DNA from: Octopus bimaculoides
Lineage: Eukaryota
Reading direction: 5' to 3'
Assembly (NCBI RefSeq): GCF_001194135.2
Contig: NC_068993.1
Span: forward strand, 35,014,667-35,078,666
DNA length: 64,000 nucleotides
In this document: positions 61,100-64,000 of the stretch, one piece after another
Layout of the letters: every line of letters starts with the position of its first letter
How positions within the stretch are numbered: position 1 is the stretch's first letter
Position numbers and translations under genes: made by a program
Notes under the pieces: generated by a model
Told to the model about the DNA's origin: nothing
What the model saw: the letters and a program-made list of their open reading frames with translations, nothing else
Database searches by the model: none

Positions 61100-61680
61100 G
61101 AGGAATAGATTTAGCTTTACACATTTCGTATTTTTTTAAAGCCCAATGTATGGTACTTCCTCGGAGCATATTTTCTGAAATTAAACTACACAGGATTTGT
61201 CAAGATATTCTTCGATCTCATTTTCTATTTCTCGTCCTACTTTATAATTATCGACATTCTTCTCAGAAACGAAATTCTTCCTATGCCCAAAGTCTACATT
61301 CTCGTTATTTCCAACATCCATTTCTTCATACTTGAGGCTTTTATCTCCCTTTCTTCTTAGAAACAAGTCTCTTCCTATGTCCATAGTCTACATTCTCGTT
61401 ATTTCCAACATCCATATCTTCATACTTGAGGTTTTCAATCTCCCTTTACCGAGATGTTATTGTCATTCGAGCAAGCAACATCAATTAGTGTAGAAGATTT
61501 GGATCTCTTGTCTCCTGTAATGATGTCAGCTAGGTTCACTCTTATCTCTTTGTCTGTATGTTATTTTTATCGTAAATATTTTGTTCCTTATTATGGTAGA
61601 GCGAAAACTTACCTTTAGGCTATTTTGTTTCCTGATTCAGTAAATGGATAGATATAAGAGCGTCTTTCTTCCTTTTCATC
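61100..61680 (-). mobile_element. RLE-type LINE 3' fragment with a 94-bp tandem duplication
   Basis: Minus strand: ADIITGDKRSKSSTLIDVACSNDNNISVK then LKYEDM; duplicated unit at 61260-61447. Confidence 0.7.
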
Positions 61681-61749
61681 CTATTTTCATCTGTTCATCA
61701 AAACTATTACAGTCATACACATGCATAAGATCCATTTTAAAGGCAGGAT

Positions 61750-62340
61750 TACAAAAAGGCTATATATCCACATATCCACAAAACTACACATAAGCAAAGC
61801 AGTGAAGGTTATAAGGAATTGTTCCATTCTCATAGTAAGTGCACATTCGCCGTAGATATTAGAAGAGTTAACATGTTGAAGACTGGCTTTTTGGGTGGAT
61901 ATGTTTCAATCATATTTTCTTCCATTTTCATGCCCGCGCATAGCTTCAGGGCTTCAATTCCTCTAGATATCGTACAATGGAAATTTTTTTATATGTATTC
62001 ATTACACATATTTAGATACATGTTGTTGTTACATGTTCAACATCTATTATCTCCATACTCCTCCACGGAGAATGCTGAATTATCTTCTGAAGTGAACTTT
62101 GCCCTCGTGAGATATTTTAAACGACTTTTGGCTGACGTTTGCTGTTTCGTATAAGGTTTTCATCAACCAGACATTCTCTTTATGTATTTTGTAAGAGTAT
62201 TGGTAGGGTTGTTTTTATAATGTACAAAATTTTAGTCACTCCTGTATTATGTGGATTATGTTTATTGATAAATGGAATAATATGTTCTTTAATTTTTTCT
62301 TAGGTCTCCTCAGTTTTATGATGTCCAGTTGCATCGAGTT
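61750..62340 (-). mobile_element. Penelope-like element, linker/GIY-YIG region (decayed)
   Basis: IIPFINKHNPHN, SKRQPK, KYLTRAKFT, GDNRC*TC resemble the PLE RT-EN linker and Cys motif. Confidence 0.75.
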
Positions 62341-62822
62341 TATAATTTCCTCATTTATTAATTTTAAGGGATAATTTTTTTTCTTTTTAGGAAGCTCTTG
62401 AGTTCCTTAAGTCGAATTTAACGTATATAGTTTCAACCGTCTCAGAAAAAAAAATCTTACTTTCTTTCTTTCTTTCTTTTTTCTTCTTTCTTTTTCTATC
62501 CTTCTTTCTTTCATCTTGTCTTTCTTTTTTTCTGTTTTTCTCCCTCTCTCCAAACCGCCAAAAATTCATCACACACATATACACACATACACATCTAGAA
62601 AGGTACATATACATTCACAATAGCAAAAAAACATTCTCCTCCCAATTCAAGTTCAGATTTTCTCAACAAACTCACATACACATAAAGAGCATAATTTTTC
62701 TGTAAAATTATCATTTCACACGAGGTGCAAACGCAAAATAATCATCCTAAATTCTGACTACATCGTCTTTCCTAATGTATAAAATATGTACACTACTTGA
62801 AGCAAGCTATATATATATATAT

Positions 62823-62875
<53 letters not shown>

Positions 62876-63084
62876 ATGTAGCAGTTCTTGATTGTACTTC
62901 ATCCGATTGAGCACCAGCAGATAGCTGTTGTTGAACAATATTCAAATACGTAGTAATTAAGAGTAATCTTACATAATGCTATATAAATATTAACCCAGCA
63001 ACTTAAAGGTGATGCAGGGTACAGAAACGTACCTTCTGATCCATTATTAAAGCCTGTTAACTTCCATCTTTGTGTTATATTATA

Positions 63085-63258
63085 ATTCTTCTTCTTCTTC
63101 TTCTTCTTCTTCTTCTTCTTCTTCTTCTTCTTCTCCTTCTCCTTCTCCTTCTCCTTCTTCTCCTTCTCCTTCTCCTTCTTNNNNNNNNNNTCCTTCTTCT
63201 CCTTCTCCTCCTTCTTCTCCTTCTCCTTCTCCTTCTTCTTCTTCTTATTATTATTATC
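63085..63258. repeat. (CTT)n/(CTTCTC)n polypyrimidine tract with a small gap
   Basis: Direct inspection. Confidence 0.95.
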
Positions 63259-64000
63259 ATTATTATTCTTATTATACACACACACCCATACATACCGGAA
63301 CACACAAGCAGATATTTGCCAGTCTTATCTATCTCCCACTCATGTAATTTATACAACATAAACACACACACACATACACGCACATCACACAACTAAATAC
63401 AAACATACCTACATACACAGAGACACAAATACATACAAACACACAGTTATATAATTATGCTTGACAATTAACAGTTTGAGGCAAAAGAAGAGAGGAAAAA
63501 ACTGCTTTACTAGATCAACAGCTAATACTTAAGAACTAATTATATTTAGAAGATAGATAATTGGAAATACAAACGCACATACTAAACCAGGAGTAGCCTC
63601 AATTAACCATATTCAAATGTAATCTCGGAGCTCATTTTATCAGTATTGACCTTTGCACTCAATTTAAATATTCAAATAAGCCGCCTTATAAATGCTTCTA
63701 TCAACTCAATTGAGTGTAATACATATGGATTCCGTCAGATAGGCCTTACAAGTTCATGTGTACCATATCTTCATTGAAACATTTTGATACATTTAGTTCT
63801 GCTTTGAAATATTGTATTCCGTTTTATTAGAGCGTACCGTTGTGAAAACTATGTGCCGGAATATTTGCATTATACCTATGTTCTTGTAAATCATTGTACA
63901 TACATTCATACACAAACATCCACACGCGCACACACACAATTATATGTATGTACATACATGGTGTATATTTATATAGATATATGCACATATATGTATATAT

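Noticed and set aside
409-63396. ORFs of poly-I/N/L/Y or HT/YI/CV repeats
   Set aside because: Translations of (AAT)n, (TA)n, (CA)n and (CTT)n microsatellites or of SINE bodies.

Overview
AT-rich, repeat-dense animal genomic DNA with 12 N-gaps, most of them at microsatellites. The repeat families look like those of a coleoid cephalopod (Octopus); this is an inference from family resemblance, not a database result. No intact long host-gene ORF is present, and nearly all ORF-track entries are microsatellite or gap artefacts. Recognisable content: decayed non-LTR retrotransposons (RLE-type R4/Dong-like x5, RTE x5, CR1/L2-like, Tx1-like, Penelope-like x2), a Helitron helicase fragment, two Tc1/mariner elements, mariner and piggyBac MITEs, and about 30 tRNA-derived SINE copies of three families (labelled A, B, D here). 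Small minus-strand exon candidates (1.6-36.6 kb) suggest an unnamed multi-exon gene. The most unusual signals are: (i) a hairpin-rich segment with a hammerhead-ribozyme-like core (46.7-46.9 kb) abutting a CCAAT/Inr-ORF-AATAAA cassette (46.9-48.0 kb); (ii) two retroelement pile-ups in (AAT)n arrays with a strand rule and a shared SINE/Tx1 3' motif; (iii) three fold-back inverted repeats that may be assembly artefacts.
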